Of a stretch of 64,000 nucleotides of DNA, positions 63,001-64,000 are shown piece after piece. The position numbers and the translations under genes are program-made. A model generated the notes under the pieces. It had not been told where the DNA came from. It saw nothing but the letters and a program-made list of their open reading frames with translations, and did not search any database. Position 1 is the stretch's first letter. Each line of letters begins with the position of its first letter. The DNA is from Polyangiales bacterium (lineage in GTDB: Bacteria > Myxococcota_A > Polyangia > Polyangiales > JADJQN01), in the NCBI GenBank assembly GCA_964202905.1, contig CAXNJO010000005.1:288001-352000 (forward strand), written 5' to 3'.

Positions 63001-64000
63001 CGTGCCGGCCGTGCGGTCCCAGTGCATGCGCGGCCGCAGCGACGCGAGCTCGTCGGACGGATAGCGCCCCGAGAGCATGTCGAGCACGCCGACGAACGCG
63101 CTGCGCGGCAGCTCCGCGAAGGGGGCCGCGCCGCGCACGAGCGCGAAGAGCGCCTCGACGTCGTACGTTCCGCCGCTGACGATCGCGACGAGCTGCTGCG
63201 CGAGCACGTCGAGCGGGTTGCGCGGATACGACGTCGCCTCGACCGCGCCCTCGCGCATGCCCTGGACGACGGCGGCGCACGCGAGCAGATCGCCGCGGTA
63301 CTTCGGGAAGAAGACGCCGCTCGACACGCCGCCGACCTGGTGCGACGCGCGGCCGACGCGCTGCAGACCGGCGGCGACGCTCGGCGGCGCGGAGATCTGC
63401 ACGACGAGGTCGACGTCGCCGAGGTCGAGGCCGAGCTCGAGCGAGGAGGTCGCGACGATCGCGGGCAGGCGGCCCGTCTTCAGGCGCTCCTCGATGATCG
63501 CGCGCTGCTCCCGCGCGATCGAGCCGTGGTGCGCGAGCGCGAGCTCTTCGCCGGCCTCCTCGTTGATGGCGGTCGCGAGGCGCTCGGCGAGGCGACGTGC
63601 GTTGACGAAGATCATCGTCGAGCGGTGCGCGCGCACGAGCGCGACGAGGCGCGGATGGATGCTCGGCCAGATGCTGCGGCGCGGGGCGGCCTGCGCCGCC
63701 GGGCCGCTCGGCACGGCCGTCTCGTCGATCGTGCCGAGCAGGGCCATGTCCTCGACGGGCACCTCCACGCGCACGTCGAGCGCGCGGCGGATCCCCGCGT
63801 CGAGCACGGTGACCGGGCGTGCCTGCCAGCGCGCCTCGCCCTGCGCCGGCGCGCCTTCGTCGCGGACGAGCGTGCCGCCCCCGAGCGCGCGCGCGATCTC
63901 GTCGAGCGGGCGCTGCGTGGCCGAGAGACCGACGCGCTGGAGCGGTCGCGCGCCGTCGCGGCGCAGCGCCTCGAGCCGCTCGAGCGAGAGCAGCAGGTGG
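60022..64000 (-). CDS. lhr: Long Lhr-family SF2 helicase (5' end outside the window)
   Basis: HLLLSLERL, GLSAT, HHGSI, ATSSLELGLD, QRVGRA, NPLDVLAQQ and GELDEEMV motifs; C-terminal RRGYFV-GLG-QFA. Confidence 0.93.
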   Translation of the reverse strand, partial: HLLLSLERLEALRRDGARPLQRVGLSATQRPLDEIARALGGGTLVRDEGAPAQGEARWQARPVTVLDAGIRRALDVRVEVPVEDMALLGTIDETAVPSGPAAQAAPRRSIWPSIHPRLVALVRAHRSTMIFVNARRLAERLATAINEEAGEELALAHHGSIAREQRAIIEERLKTGRLPAIVATSSLELGLDLGDVDLVVQISAPPSVAAGLQRVGRASHQVGGVSSGVFFPKYRGDLLACAAVVQGMREGAVEATSYPRNPLDVLAQQLVAIVSGGTYDVEALFALVRGAAPFAELPRSAFVGVLDMLSGRYPSDELASLRPRMHWDRTAGTVRAREGAQRVAILNAGTIPDRGLYGVFLAGGDERTSRRVGELDEEMVFETREGEVIVLGASSWRVESITRDRVLVSPAPGEPGKMPFWRADGLARSRELGEAIGRLTRRIAGATVAEGEAWLSASWGLDASAARNLVAYVHEQRGATGEVPSDATIVVERFRDELGDWRVCVLTPYGGRVHAPWAMCVQAALRGESDLEVETTWTDDGMVFRLPESDTPPPVEAFLPEPDELEDRLVRLLGGTSMFAARFREAAGRALLLPRRAPGKRSPLWAQRKRAADLLAVTARHPSFPIVLETYRELLRDIFDLPGLIELLRRVRGRAIRVVAADSQRASPFASSILAAYVGAFLYDGDAPLAERRAQALAVDHAQLRELLGEAELRELLDPEAIEATERALQQLARERPPASADGVHDLLRLLGDLTLEELAARVAAGFALDDAVAVLVRERRVCEIAIGGARRCIAAEDAGRYRDALGVVPPRGLPVEFLEVAPQALEGLLARFARGRGPFPVEQAAARFALGAGPVAAALDALVARDRVVFGALLPGGRGREYCDAEVLRAIKRRSLARLRRAVEPVAPEAYARLLCERHGLVQPRRGLDALLDVVAQLQGAPLVASALEREVLPARVEGYAPAMLDTLMAAGEVVWRGLEPLAPADGRVALYLGDHLRTLAPRPVPAPGALQARVRALLAGRGALFFADLLRETAAFPGDLLAALWDLVWAGEATNDTLQPLRAVLGGTRDTRRGRERPGAFRSRRVGPPGSEGRWSLLPGALDAPGVGPSDTERRAALAQQLLERHGVVVREAVLAEGHAEGFAAVYPVLKALEEGGRARRGYFVAGLGATQFAQPGADDRLRALRDGSPEPRTLVLAATDPASPWGAALRWPERVAGAQGARPQRAAGARVVLVDDWSLAAWIGRGGDALLAFLPEDEPARGRLAEALAGALAGPVDAGAQRAVVLATIDGRPATLDGALGRALAAAGFAATSRGLFKRGPR

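Overview
Very GC-rich bacterial DNA. MYXO-CTERM tails, DUF4215/MopE-type Cys repeats and a myxobacterial-style pilin point to Myxococcota, probably Polyangia-like. The window holds about 44 coding regions: housekeeping genes (hflX, nagZ, pcnB, coaX, lhr-nei), a stand-alone type IV pilin with a sigma54-type promoter and terminator, several large surface proteins, a DUF2760-Hsp70-Hsp70/DUF3731 operon, an accessory patch with scattered arsenic-related genes and an ATPase-nuclease gene, and a complete tonB-exbB-exbD-exbD-receptor-lipoprotein operon. I saw no rRNA, tRNA, CRISPR array or transposase. About 13 single frameshifts interrupt otherwise intact genes, most likely assembly indels. The best candidate for an undescribed system is a 2343-aa ORF (21630-28661, minus strand). 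In its middle a MYXO-CTERM sorting signal is followed directly by a lipoprotein signal peptide, giving a mirror-symmetric head-stalk-anchor / anchor-stalk-head layout that looks like a polyprotein cut into two surface-anchored proteins. Also notable are the uncharacterised GrpE-like plus double Hsp70 operon, an exact 20-bp AT-rich palindromic motif found both between convergent genes and inside a CDS, and near-identical 909-bp internal repeats in a beta-helix surface protein. All domain calls are from motif recognition by eye; no database searches were run.
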